Shown here: positions 28,422-38,335 of the stretch, piece by piece
How positions within the stretch are numbered: position 1 is the stretch's first letter
How the letters are laid out: each line of letters begins with the position of its first letter
Assembly: GCA_018240105.1 (NCBI GenBank)
Contig: JAFEGE010000094.1
Span: forward strand, 1 to 59,190
Direction: 5' to 3'
Length of the DNA: 59,190 nucleotides
Source of the DNA: Verrucomicrobiota bacterium
GTDB taxonomy: Bacteria > Chlamydiota > Chlamydiia > Chlamydiales > 2-12-FULL-49-11
Notes under the pieces: model-generated
Database searches by the model: none
Told to the model about the DNA's origin: nothing
What the model saw: the letters and a program-made list of their open reading frames with translations, nothing else
Made by a program: the position numbers and the translations under genes

Positions 28422-29651
28422 ATGCATGCTTTAATAGATTCTTTAGAGTCCCCCTCTAGAGAAGCCATCTTCTCCTTTGCTCTGGCCTTTGAAGAATACA
28501 CAATAAAGACTCGTAGAGCTCTTCATCAAATTCCAGAGCTTGGCTGGGAAGAAGAGAAGACTTTAGCAACGATTCTTAAAGAGATTCAAAAAGCTGCAAA
28601 AAATAGCATCTACACCATTAATATCGTTCACAAAGAGGGTGGTATTTGGGTTGATCTCTTAGTAGACCCCTCTCTTCCTCACCTTCTCTTTAGATCCGAT
28701 ATTGATGCTCTTCCGATCGAAGAAGAGACTAACCTGCCCTTTAGCTCTAAACATCCCGGAAAAATGCACGCCTGTGGCCATGATTGCCATGCGGCGATCC
28801 TTTTAACCGCCTTTACTATCCTTGCTAAAAACCTACTAGCTCCAAGAGCAAATATACGATTTGTTTGGCAAAGAGCCGAAGAGTATAACCTTTGCCGCTC
28901 AGGGGGAGAAAAACTTTTAGAAGAGGGTGTTGTGGAAGGGATAGACCATGCTTACGGCCTGCATATCAATCCAACCACCTCTATTGGGACATTTTTTTCA
29001 AAACCTGGCCGTATGATGGCCAATAGCTCTCAGATCAATTGTACGATAGAGTGCAGCGGCGGCCATGTCATGTACCCTGACAGGGGCTCTAACGCCATTT
29101 ATATTATGATAGATATCCAAAACAGCCTAAGAGGGCTTGAAGGAATCTATTTTAAGCCAACAGAGCCTATTGTCTTTGTGCCAAGTATTGCACAGGCAGG
29201 CGTTGCCTCAAATGTGCGCCCTAATCGAGCGGAGCTCACCTTTGCCCTTAGAAATTTCTTACCAGAGGAAGAGCGAGACCATTTTGTTTCTATTATTAAA
29301 GAGAAGATCCACGCTATAACAGCGACTTATCCAACAGCTCTAGTCTCTCGCTTTAGCTTTATTCCGGGATATCCTTCTTTAACAACAGATCCAGAAAACT
29401 TTTACTTTGTACAAGACCTCCTCCTGAAGAATGGCCTTGTTGCCTCTGAGACCCCCCCTCTCTTTTGCGGCGAAGATTTTGCCTACTATCTACAAAAAGT
29501 ACCCGGCTCCTTCTGGTGCTTTGGCACTAAGCAAGAGGGTGAGACCTATGATCTTCACACCTCGAAGTGCAATCCTAATGAAAAAGCCCTAAAGCTTGGT
29601 GTTTTCTTCTGGCTTCTTTTGTCACAGAATCTACCGTCTAAGCGATTGTAA
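28422..29651 (+). CDS. M20D-family amidohydrolase (aminoacylase/hippurate-hydrolase type)
   Basis: Metal-binding block MHACGHDCHAAILL and the overall M20D length. Confidence 0.85.
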   Translation: MHALIDSLESPSREAIFSFALAFEEYTIKTRRALHQIPELGWEEEKTLATILKEIQKAAKNSIYTINIVHKEGGIWVDLLVDPSLPHLLFRSDIDALPIEEETNLPFSSKHPGKMHACGHDCHAAILLTAFTILAKNLLAPRANIRFVWQRAEEYNLCRSGGEKLLEEGVVEGIDHAYGLHINPTTSIGTFFSKPGRMMANSSQINCTIECSGGHVMYPDRGSNAIYIMIDIQNSLRGLEGIYFKPTEPIVFVPSIAQAGVASNVRPNRAELTFALRNFLPEEERDHFVSIIKEKIHAITATYPTALVSRFSFIPGYPSLTTDPENFYFVQDLLLKNGLVASETPPLFCGEDFAYYLQKVPGSFWCFGTKQEGETYDLHTSKCNPNEKALKLGVFFWLLLSQNLPSKRL

Positions 29652-29815
29652 TAGACTTCTTTCGAAACTCGCTTTGTTTGGAAAAATGAACTATTTTTGA
29701 GCAGGTTTTCTAAGGGATTTTGAGAGCATATGTGTACATATGGTCGAAAAAATCCTTAAAAAAAATGCCAAAAAAAGGCATTTTAACAAGCGAATGGGGT
29801 TTTGAAAGAAGTCTA
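29652..29815. repeat. 164-bp imperfect long palindrome (second MITE-like or structured element)
   Basis: tagacttctttcgaaac (29652..29668) pairs with gttttgaaagaagtcta (29799..29815). Nested complementary blocks continue to the central catatgt-gt-acatatg at 29727..29742. Begins immediately after the amidohydrolase stop. Confidence 0.75.
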
Positions 29816-29886
29816 ATATCTCTTTTACGTTCAAACAGTAAAGATTTCCATACGGTTTTAGCCTCTAATTTGCTAGGTGTAGAAGT

Positions 29887-30474
29887 ATGGTGGAAAAGAA
29901 AGCAACTCTTAAAGAAATCTTAACATCCTTAAAAAAGAAAACAGAGAAAAGCCGCCTCTCTTTAGAAGAGGTTCTCCATGTCCTATCAGGAAGGGGGCGC
30001 GCTCTTGTCTTACTTTTTTTAACCCTCCCCTTTTGTCAGCCTATCCAAATCCCAGGTGTCTCAACTCCTTTTGGCCTGGCTATAGCTTTTATCGCTCTTC
30101 GCATGGCCTTTGGTAAGAACATATGGCTCCCTAAAAAGATACTAGCAAAAAAATTCTCCTCTAAAGCCATCTCTAAAATCGTCGATAAAACGCTTTGGCT
30201 CCTTCATAAAACGAAGCGCTTTACACACCCTCGCCTCAAGTGGTTTTGCCACTCTTTACCGATGCAAATCACTACAGGCGTTGTCATTTTTCTATTAGGC
30301 CTATTTATGGCGCTCCCTCTTCCAATTCCTCTCTCTAACATGATAGCTGCCTGGTCCATCCTTTTTTTCTCTTTAGGTGTCTTAGAAGATGATGGCCTTT
30401 TTGTTCTGATCGGAGCCTTTATTTTTTTACTTCTTATTGGACTTTGTCTACTTGCCTGGTTCCTATGGCATTAA
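29887..30474 (+). CDS. ExoD-family membrane protein
   Basis: LPFCQPIQIPGVSTPFG block and the C-terminal hydrophobic hairpins typical of ExoD. Confidence 0.7.
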   Translation: MVEKKATLKEILTSLKKKTEKSRLSLEEVLHVLSGRGRALVLLFLTLPFCQPIQIPGVSTPFGLAIAFIALRMAFGKNIWLPKKILAKKFSSKAISKIVDKTLWLLHKTKRFTHPRLKWFCHSLPMQITTGVVIFLLGLFMALPLPIPLSNMIAAWSILFFSLGVLEDDGLFVLIGAFIFLLLIGLCLLAWFLWH

Positions 30475-33119
30475 AAGATGTAAAGGAAGAGCCGTGGCAT
30501 GCCACTCCGATAGAGACGGTATTTAAAATATTAGACTCTCAAAAGTCTGGATTAGAAGAAAAAGAAGCAAAGCGCCGTTTGAAAGAGTTCGGCCTAAACA
30601 TTTGGCACTTTCGCTCCTCTAATACCATTTTCCGCATCCTATGCCGCCAATTACATAACCCTATCGTTTACGTGCTACTTGCTGCTACCGTTTTAGCAAA
30701 TCTTTTAAGCAGAGTAGAAGATAGCCTAGTGATTCTTGTTGTTGTTCTTCTAAATACAGCGATTGGTTTTTTTCAGGAGTATAGAGCCCATGAGACGATT
30801 AAGGCTTTAAAGTCTATGACGCCACAAAAAACAACGATCCTCCGAAATAACGAGCCTAAAATTGTATCGGTTTCAGAGATCACCCTTGGCGATATCGTGG
30901 TATTACGGGCAGGCGATCCAATTCCTGCAGATCTACGTCTTTTTTCTACAAAAAACTTAGAGTGTGAAGAGAGTGCTCTCACAGGAGAATCGCTCCCAGT
31001 GGTAAAAGAAGAGGAGCCCTCTTCTCTAACAGATCCTTTATCAGACAGAAAATCTATGGCCTTTACAGGGACCTACGTGACACAGGGCAGTGGTTATGGC
31101 ATTGTGGTCGCTATAGCTTTTAAGACAGAGCTTGGCAAAATCTCAAAAATGCTAAAAGAGATCACCTCTTTAGAGACACCGCTAACCCTCTCCGTCAAAC
31201 GTATGACAAAGTGGATAACGCTTGCCATACTTTTTATTAGTATAAGCCTTTTCGGTATTGGCTATTTTAGAGGAAGCGGACTTTTTCAAGCAGCTTTTGC
31301 AGCGATTGCCCTTGCAGTTGCAGCGATCCCTGAAGGGCTGCCTGCGATTATGACGATTGCTTTTTCAGTCGGCATGAGACGTATGGCAGAGCGAAAAGCA
31401 ATCGTACGACAGCTAACAGCGGTAGAAACGCTTGGTAGTACAACTATTATCTGCACCGACAAGACAGGCACCTTAACCTGTAATGAGATGACGGTACAAA
31501 AGATTTGGACAAGAAAGGGTCTCTCTCTTCTCTCAGGCATTGGCTACTCTCTAAAAGGAGAGCTCTCTTCTCCTGAAAATAAAGATGAAATCAAACAGCT
31601 CTTAGAGGCCTCTATTCTTTGCAGTGATGCTACTATTTCCACAGCAGAGGGGATCTCTTTCTTTGGTAGTTCTACGGAAATTGCACTTTTAATCGCAGGC
31701 AGAAAGATCGGCCTTACAGAAGCGAAGCTTCGTGAAGAGTGGCCTAAAAAAGATGTAATCCCCTTCACCCATGAACAAAAATTCATGGCAACGATCCATC
31801 TCTCTCCCTCTAAAGAGACATATGTCTTTATTAAAGGCGCCCCTGAAGTCATCCTTTCCATGTGTGAAAAGGATTTCGAAGAGGCAAAGTGTCTCTCTTA
31901 TATGGAATCTATGGCGAGAGATGGGATGCGCCTTTTAGCGGTTGCTAAAAAGAGAGGCGGGACGTTTACCAAAGAAGGATACACCCTCCTTGGTCTTTTT
32001 GGTATAGCAGATCCTCCTAGAAAGGAAGTCTACCAATCCTTAAAAAATTGCTATGATGCTGGTGTTATCGTAAAAATGGTAACAGGCGATCACCCCTTCA
32101 CAGCAGAGGCGATTGCGCGAGATCTTGGCATTTTAAAAGAGGGAGCATCGCCCCTTACAGGGCAGGAGTTACAAAATCTAACAGAAGAGGCTTTCAAAGA
32201 AGCTGCTTTAAAAACAAAAGTTTTTGCTCGGGTCACCCCTGAAGATAAATTACGCCTTGTCTCTACATTACAAGAGATAGGCCATGTCGTTGCCATGACA
32301 GGCGATGGCGTAAATGATGCCCCTGCCTTAAAGAAAGCAGATATAGGTGTAGCCATGGGAATCCGAGGGACAGCCGTTGCCAAAGAAGCTTCTCAAATCG
32401 TTTTAGCAGATGACAATTTTGCAAGCATTGAAGCTGCTATTGAAGAGGGAAGACGTGTCTATGATAATCTTGTGAAATCGCTCGCCTTTATCTTTGCGAC
32501 AGGCTTTAGCCAAGCCTTTGTTGTTTTATTTGCTATGCTATTTTTTCCGATCAAAGAGGGGCTTATTTTATACCCCCTCTCTCCTGTACAAATTCTTTGG
32601 GTCAATTTAGTAGTCGCCATTGGCCTTGCCATCCCTCTTGTTTTTGAAGGCCCTGAGCCCGATATTATGAAAAGGCCTCCCCGTCCCAAAAAAGCCCCTC
32701 TCTTATCCCCCTTTCTCCTTATAAAAACCCTTCTTATAGCTGTCATTATGGCTCTTGGAACGGTAGCTCTTTTCTTATGGGAGTATAATACAGAAATACA
32801 AAAAGGGATCTTAGAAGAACTTGCCCTCAAAGAGGCCCAAACAGTCGCTGTAACAGCTCTTGTTCTCTTTCAAATCGTCTACCTCTTTAATTGCCGCTCT
32901 CTCAAAAAAGGGGTGATGAAGGTACATTTTTTCTCCAATCCCTCCATATTTATCGGGGTTTTGATTTCACTGCTTGCTCAGGGTCTCTTTATTTACACCC
33001 CCTTTCTACAGCAAATCTTCGGCTCTTCAAACCTCAATTTTACAGCTTGGCTTCTCCCTATTTGCGTAGCGGTCCTTCTCTTTCCTATTCTCTTTTTAGA
33101 GCGTCTTTTCAAAAAATAA
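30465..33119 (+). CDS. P-type cation-transporting ATPase (P2, Ca2+-ATPase-like)
   Basis: Contains ICTDKTGTLT, TGDGVNDAPALKKADIG and TM4 IPEGLPA. ATG 30465 preferred (MALKDVKEEPWH), overlapping exoD by 10 nt. Confidence 0.9.
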   Translation: MALKDVKEEPWHATPIETVFKILDSQKSGLEEKEAKRRLKEFGLNIWHFRSSNTIFRILCRQLHNPIVYVLLAATVLANLLSRVEDSLVILVVVLLNTAIGFFQEYRAHETIKALKSMTPQKTTILRNNEPKIVSVSEITLGDIVVLRAGDPIPADLRLFSTKNLECEESALTGESLPVVKEEEPSSLTDPLSDRKSMAFTGTYVTQGSGYGIVVAIAFKTELGKISKMLKEITSLETPLTLSVKRMTKWITLAILFISISLFGIGYFRGSGLFQAAFAAIALAVAAIPEGLPAIMTIAFSVGMRRMAERKAIVRQLTAVETLGSTTIICTDKTGTLTCNEMTVQKIWTRKGLSLLSGIGYSLKGELSSPENKDEIKQLLEASILCSDATISTAEGISFFGSSTEIALLIAGRKIGLTEAKLREEWPKKDVIPFTHEQKFMATIHLSPSKETYVFIKGAPEVILSMCEKDFEEAKCLSYMESMARDGMRLLAVAKKRGGTFTKEGYTLLGLFGIADPPRKEVYQSLKNCYDAGVIVKMVTGDHPFTAEAIARDLGILKEGASPLTGQELQNLTEEAFKEAALKTKVFARVTPEDKLRLVSTLQEIGHVVAMTGDGVNDAPALKKADIGVAMGIRGTAVAKEASQIVLADDNFASIEAAIEEGRRVYDNLVKSLAFIFATGFSQAFVVLFAMLFFPIKEGLILYPLSPVQILWVNLVVAIGLAIPLVFEGPEPDIMKRPPRPKKAPLLSPFLLIKTLLIAVIMALGTVALFLWEYNTEIQKGILEELALKEAQTVAVTALVLFQIVYLFNCRSLKKGVMKVHFFSNPSIFIGVLISLLAQGLFIYTPFLQQIFGSSNLNFTAWLLPICVAVLLFPILFLERLFKK

Positions 33120-33127
33120 AAAGAGCC

Positions 33128-34108
33128 TTACCAATTGCTCTTTTCGCCAGGCTCTAGAGGAATAAAGGTTGTTGGACATAGGCCGTGTCTTTTCATCGCC
33201 TTGTATAAATCGTAAGGCGGCTGCTCTATGTCTTCATCAGCAAGACAAAAGGTCTTCCAGTGCATACCGATGCTAAGCTTTGCTTGGACATCGCGGTGGA
33301 TCTTAACCGCATCATCGGGACTTGCATGTACCGTACGCATAAAGCGCGATGGTGTATAGGCCCCTATCGGACAAAGAGAGAGGTCGATGCCTTTAAAAGC
33401 CTTTCCGATCTTTTTAAAATCGTACTCATTATATGCCGTATCACCGACAAAGTAGGCTTTTTTACTCTCTTTATTGCGATAGATTGCCTCTAAAACACAC
33501 CCCATCCAGAGAGAGGTGTCTGCATCGAATAAGCCACGACCTGAATGGTGCTGGGCAGGTACGCCGGTCACTCGAAGCGTGATCTTTTTATCAGGCATGT
33601 TATAGCTTTTACTCTCCCACCAATCTAACTCAGAGACGCGAGTAATACCGCGGCGTGTAAACCAAGCCTTTACCCCCTTGGGAACAACCCACTCGATAGA
33701 GGGAAAGTGGCTATGTAAAAGGCGGACACTCTTTTCATCTAAATGGTCGTAGTGGTTATGGCTAATCACTACAAAATCAACACTGTCTAACTCTTCTATG
33801 GCAATTGGGGGCTGATGACGTCTTTTGGGTCCAACAAAAGAGATAGGAGAGCAGCGCTCACTCCAAATAGGATCGGTTAAAATAGAGACCCCCTCTATCT
33901 GGAGAAGAAAGGTGCAGTGGTTAATCCAAGTAACGATTGGCTTAGATGGGTCTAAATCAATCTCCTGAGCCGGATAGATAAAATTTGCGGGCGGCTTGGC
34001 TATAGGCAAAATGTCATCGTAGTAGCCGGTAATCCACAAGAGAAAGTCTTTGGCTCCCCTACGTATCTCTTGGATATAGGGATTGGAATACCGTTTTTTC
34101 TTTGTCAT
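33128..34108 (-). CDS. MBL-fold metallo-hydrolase (NAPE-PLD-like)
   Basis: VISHNHYDHLD (HxHxDH) and the downstream His/Asp ligand blocks. Confidence 0.8.
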   Translation of the reverse strand: MTKKKRYSNPYIQEIRRGAKDFLLWITGYYDDILPIAKPPANFIYPAQEIDLDPSKPIVTWINHCTFLLQIEGVSILTDPIWSERCSPISFVGPKRRHQPPIAIEELDSVDFVVISHNHYDHLDEKSVRLLHSHFPSIEWVVPKGVKAWFTRRGITRVSELDWWESKSYNMPDKKITLRVTGVPAQHHSGRGLFDADTSLWMGCVLEAIYRNKESKKAYFVGDTAYNEYDFKKIGKAFKGIDLSLCPIGAYTPSRFMRTVHASPDDAVKIHRDVQAKLSIGMHWKTFCLADEDIEQPPYDLYKAMKRHGLCPTTFIPLEPGEKSNW

Positions 34109-34138
34109 AAGGCCTCTTGCAAGCCTTATTAATCAAAC

Positions 34139-35611
34139 TCACGGTATTTCAGAGAAGTTTTTATTTTCTAATTTTAGTGTATTGGTTATTAGAAAGTTAG
34201 AAAGCTGCATCGGCCCGGGCGAGAGATAACCATCCTCTAGCTTCCAATTTTCTCTCTCTTTTTTGAATTTTTGGAAGACCGGCCCCCCTAGATCGACAAG
34301 ACTTTTTTTGATAACAGCCTGAACCCTGCCCTTACGCTCTTCTTGTCCCATAAGCAATCTAAGAGGTACCCCTTGCATACGCCAGGTAGATGGCGAGCCA
34401 GCAAGCCCTTTTACAGAAGCCATAGTAGAGCTTCTCTTATCCCGAATTAGAAGAGCCGATACACACCCAAGCTCGTAGCTGTATGTCGTGTCAAAAAGAG
34501 AAGGAGTTGCACATCTACCTTCATACCCAAAGAAGTGGTGGAGAGGGTTAAAGCTAACCTCTGATTTTTTTTCTTTAAGGCGTTTCTCTACCATAAGGCT
34601 TAAGAGTTTTTCTGTTTCAATCTTAGAGACTTGCACATTACCATGAGGATCGCGCTCAAAGAGCAGCATCCTTTGAAAATCCTCCGGTAGACTTTGTAGT
34701 AGAGTTAAACTCTCTTTGCTTAAATCTTTTTTGTCCCCGCCCTTAGCCTCTAGGCGACTAAGCTCTTGTAAAAGCACCTTTATTTCAAAAATAGCTTCGA
34801 TAAGTCCCTCTGGCAAAAGGATAACCGCATAGTTTTTGCCCCTTTTAGCGCGCATCTCCAAAAGCTCTACCACCTCTTCCACAACCTCTTTAAGAGTGAG
34901 TTTCTTATTTAACACCTCTTCACTAATGTAGGTAAGATTAGGATGGGTCATAAGGGCGCACTCTAAAGCGATGTGGGAGGCTGTTCTCCCCATAAGCCTG
35001 ATAAAGTGGGTGTATTTTAAAGAGGAGATGGCATCTTTAGAGATGTTTCCGATCAGCTCACCATAAACGCGTGTTGCTGTATCAAAGCCAAAAGAGGTTT
35101 CGATATAAGCACTCTTAAGATCGCCATCGATCGTTTTAGGAACACCTACGATTGTGCATCTATTGTTTGCTTTTTCTAGATGGGTAGCGAGATGATAAGC
35201 GTTAGTATTGGTATCATCGCCGCCAATAAAAACAAGGCCATCTAGCTTTAGAGTCTCTATTGCACTTAGAGCTTTTGCATAGTCGGCTTCTGTTTCAAGC
35301 TTTGTCCGGCCGGTACCGAGTAAATCAAAGCCGCCCTGCTTTTGATGTTTTTCAATATCTGAGAGCTCTATCTTTTTTGCGCGATTCTCTAAAAGACCAA
35401 AAGGGCCGCCTAAAAAGCCTATAAGCTCGCTATCAGGATGGATTTTTTTTAGGGTATGATAAAGACCCGCTAGGACGTCATTGCCGCCGCTAGCAGGGCC
35501 TCCAGAAAACAGAACACCAACCTTAAGAGATTGACTCAGAATCTTTTTCGTTGCAGGAGAGGCGAGAAAAATATCGCCACTCTCTACCCACTCTATCTGT
35601 ATTCCTTCCAT
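34139..35611 (-). CDS. pfp: diphosphate-fructose-6-phosphate 1-phosphotransferase (PPi-dependent PFK)
   Basis: Contains GGPASGGN, FIGGDDTNTNA (the Asp diagnostic for PPi-dependent enzymes), PKTIDGD and LMGR. Confidence 0.85.
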   Translation of the reverse strand: MEGIQIEWVESGDIFLASPATKKILSQSLKVGVLFSGGPASGGNDVLAGLYHTLKKIHPDSELIGFLGGPFGLLENRAKKIELSDIEKHQKQGGFDLLGTGRTKLETEADYAKALSAIETLKLDGLVFIGGDDTNTNAYHLATHLEKANNRCTIVGVPKTIDGDLKSAYIETSFGFDTATRVYGELIGNISKDAISSLKYTHFIRLMGRTASHIALECALMTHPNLTYISEEVLNKKLTLKEVVEEVVELLEMRAKRGKNYAVILLPEGLIEAIFEIKVLLQELSRLEAKGGDKKDLSKESLTLLQSLPEDFQRMLLFERDPHGNVQVSKIETEKLLSLMVEKRLKEKKSEVSFNPLHHFFGYEGRCATPSLFDTTYSYELGCVSALLIRDKRSSTMASVKGLAGSPSTWRMQGVPLRLLMGQEERKGRVQAVIKKSLVDLGGPVFQKFKKERENWKLEDGYLSPGPMQLSNFLITNTLKLENKNFSEIP

Positions 35612-35620
35612 GAATACAGC

Positions 35621-36163
35621 TTATTCTGAGTCTTTATTTTCCGTCTCGTCTTTTGTATCGTCCTTCTTTTTCTTACCTTTAGACTTTTTCTTCGTCTCTT
35701 TAGGTGGTGGTAAAAGAGGGATTTCTGATTCGTCTCTAAAAGTGAGCTCCTCATCTGAAACGGGCTTCGCACCACATTCGCAAACACAAGCCGCATGTGT
35801 CACAGTAAAAGCCTCATAACCGTCTAACTTAATATTGATATTTACGGTTGAAAAGACTGGACAGCCGCGCGCAAGGCATGCTTCTTGGCAGTACGACTCG
35901 TGTGCTCTAGCTGTAAAAAATAGAGGCTGTAGATCACCAAATATGCCATCTAAAGAGCTATTTTTACAGGCGCAAACGATATCTTTCATCTCTTTTTCAT
36001 GCTTTTCCCCGTCTATGGTAAAAGATACCACACCAGGTAAAAGCTGTGTTGTGTATTCCCCAAGGCCGCTTAGGTCTTCTGCGAGGGCCTCGGATACTTC
36101 CTCTGAGAAGGTAAGGATAACTATAATTTTTTTATTCATAAGTTTAGTATAAAAGGCGGACAA
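35621..36163 (-). CDS. hypothetical Cys-rich protein with a Lys-rich acidic tail
   Basis: 180-aa ORF 9 nt upstream of pfp. Has CAC, CQEAC, GC and CVCEC clusters and the tail KETKKKSKGKKKKDDTKDE. Confidence 0.5.
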   Translation of the reverse strand: MSAFYTKLMNKKIIVILTFSEEVSEALAEDLSGLGEYTTQLLPGVVSFTIDGEKHEKEMKDIVCACKNSSLDGIFGDLQPLFFTARAHESYCQEACLARGCPVFSTVNINIKLDGYEAFTVTHAACVCECGAKPVSDEELTFRDESEIPLLPPPKETKKKSKGKKKKDDTKDETENKDSE

Positions 36164-36277
36164 AATTAGACCGTAAGCGACTTAGAATGAGAGAGCGCTT
36201 GTAATAGGGTTTGAAAAAATCGCCCCTATAGAATACAATAAGTTGTCTTCTAAAACGTTACGTAACAGGAACCCCTA

Positions 36278-37909
36278 GTGCATAGTAAATTTATTTTTAT
36301 AACAGGTGGTGTTCTCTCTTCCTTAGGAAAGGGAATAACCTCTGCCTCTCTTGCTCTTCTTTTAGAAGGTAAAGGGCTTAAAGTAGCCCTCATGAAATTA
36401 GATCCGTACCTAAACTTAGATCCAGGTACGATGAACCCTTTCCAGCACGGCGAAGTGTATGTAACAGATGATGGCGCTGAAGCTGACTTAGATTTAGGCC
36501 ATTACTACAGATTTTCTAACTCTCCCCTTTCGAAAGCCTCCACAACGACCTCAGGCCAAATTTATGATGAAGTCTTAAAAAAAGAGCGCCATGGCGATTA
36601 CCTGGGGGCCACCGTACAGGTTATCCCTCATATCACCGATGAGATCAAAAGACGTATCCTTGCCTGTGCGACACAAGAAAAAGATATCGATGTCACAATT
36701 GTAGAAATTGGGGGGACGGTTGGTGATATAGAGTCGCAGCCCTTTTTAGAAGCTATCCGTCAATTTCGTCATGAATCACCAAGAAACTGCCTTAATATCC
36801 ACCTGACCTACGTTCCATACATAGACCATGCAGGGGAAGTAAAGACCAAACCAACGCAACATTCGGTACAGAAGCTACAGCAAACCGGCATTTTTCCAGA
36901 TATGATCCTCTGCCGCTGCAAAGAGCCTTTGGGCGATGATATCAAAGCTAAAATTGGCCTCTTCTGTAGCGTGCCTAAAAAAGCCGTTATCGAAGTAGTA
37001 AACGTGACAAACTCCATCTATGAAGTTCCGATCCTTTTACAAGAGGCTGGCCTTGATGTTACGATCTCCGAACTCCTTGGTCTTTCGCAAAAACGCAGCC
37101 AGTTAAACGATTGGCAAGAGATGCTAACGACTCTTTTAGAAGCAAAAGAGCGCGTATCGATCGCGATTGTCGGTAAATACTTAACCCATAAAGATGCCTA
37201 TAAATCGGTCTTTGAATCCCTCTCGCACGCGGGTATCGGAAACAAAGCTATCGTAGACATAGTCTGTATCGATGCGGATAAGATCGTAGATAAAAAAGAT
37301 TTTTATGAAAAAGTGGCCGGTTGCCATGGCGTATTAGTGCCAGGTGGCTTTGGTGAGCGTGGCTGGATAGGCAAGCTTATTGCTGTACAATACTGTCGTG
37401 AAGAAAAAGTCCCTTATTTCGGTATCTGCCTTGGCATGCAAGCCCTATCCGTAGAGTTTGCGCAAAACGTCTTAGGTTTCGAGAGTGCAAACTCTACAGA
37501 GATAGATCCAGAGACAAGAGCCCCTATTATCTCTCTTTTATCTGAGCAGAGAAAGGTAGTAAATCTTGGTGGCACCATGCGTCTTGGCGCTTACCCCTGT
37601 ACATTAGACACCTCATCAAAAACCTATGCAGCTTATGGCAAAAAAGAGATCTCTGAAAGACACCGCCATCGCTATGAGTTTAACAACGAATACCAAGAGA
37701 TCTGTCAGAAGAAAGGATTAAAGATCATTGGGACTTACACGCCTTTCAATCTTGTAGAAGCGATAGAAATAGAAAACCACCCTTGGATGGTTGGTGTCCA
37801 GTTCCACCCAGAGTTTAAATCTAAACCTACCTCGCCCCACCCACTCTTTAAAGCTTTCGTGGAAGCATCTATCGCCTTTAAACGGGAGCCAAAAGAGGCT
37901 CTGGTGTAA
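36278..37909 (+). CDS. pyrG: CTP synthase
   Basis: FITGGVLSSLGKGITSAS N-terminus and the glutaminase block GICLGMQ. GTG start. Confidence 0.95.
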   Translation: MHSKFIFITGGVLSSLGKGITSASLALLLEGKGLKVALMKLDPYLNLDPGTMNPFQHGEVYVTDDGAEADLDLGHYYRFSNSPLSKASTTTSGQIYDEVLKKERHGDYLGATVQVIPHITDEIKRRILACATQEKDIDVTIVEIGGTVGDIESQPFLEAIRQFRHESPRNCLNIHLTYVPYIDHAGEVKTKPTQHSVQKLQQTGIFPDMILCRCKEPLGDDIKAKIGLFCSVPKKAVIEVVNVTNSIYEVPILLQEAGLDVTISELLGLSQKRSQLNDWQEMLTTLLEAKERVSIAIVGKYLTHKDAYKSVFESLSHAGIGNKAIVDIVCIDADKIVDKKDFYEKVAGCHGVLVPGGFGERGWIGKLIAVQYCREEKVPYFGICLGMQALSVEFAQNVLGFESANSTEIDPETRAPIISLLSEQRKVVNLGGTMRLGAYPCTLDTSSKTYAAYGKKEISERHRHRYEFNNEYQEICQKKGLKIIGTYTPFNLVEAIEIENHPWMVGVQFHPEFKSKPTSPHPLFKAFVEASIAFKREPKEALV

Positions 37910-38334
37910 TGACCACATTTATCGGTCTCGATTTTGGGTTGAAAAAAATTGGTGTTGCCAAAGCGCACTCTTCTTTAAGAGTCGCTTTGCCCCTTACTCA
38001 AATTATAGCCTCTCCTAAACCAGAGACAACCGTAACCCTTCTACTAAAGCACCTTAAAGATTATGGTCCTATCGAAGCTTTTGTGATAGGCTTTCCCCTA
38101 CTCCTTTCGGGCGAAGAGGGGGAGATGTGCCAAAAAGTGCGTGCCTTTGCCTCTCTTTTAGAGGGGATGAGCCAAATACCCGTTATCTTATTTGATGAGC
38201 GTCTAACTTCCAAGCAAGCAGAAACCCTTCTTTTAGAGCGAGAGATGAATCGAAAAAAAAGAGCTGCCTACAGCGACGTGACAAGTGCAACTCTCATCTT
38301 GCAAAGCTACCTCGAATCTACTAGTCTAAAGTAG
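37909..38334 (+). CDS. ruvX: YqgF/RuvX-family putative pre-16S rRNA nuclease / Holliday junction resolvase-like protein
   Basis: N-terminal IGLDFGLKKIGVA motif, 141 aa, TAATG overlap with pyrG. Confidence 0.85.
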   Translation: MTTFIGLDFGLKKIGVAKAHSSLRVALPLTQIIASPKPETTVTLLLKHLKDYGPIEAFVIGFPLLLSGEEGEMCQKVRAFASLLEGMSQIPVILFDERLTSKQAETLLLEREMNRKKRAAYSDVTSATLILQSYLESTSLK

Positions 38335-38335
38335 T

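Noticed and set aside
29720-29923. 67-aa ORF between the amidohydrolase gene and exoD
   Set aside because: It runs through the right half of the 164-bp palindrome and overlaps the exoD start. It has Lys-rich AT-driven composition and no SD.
30773-32830. Five antisense ORFs inside the P-type ATPase gene
   Set aside because: They are shadow ORFs opposite a gene with unambiguous P-type ATPase motifs.
35593-35819. ORFs 35593..35796 (-) and 35610..35819 (+)
   Set aside because: They overlap the Lys-rich tail region of ORF 35621..36163 and the pfp start. They have poly-Lys/Arg or poly-Ser composition derived from the same A/G-rich DNA.
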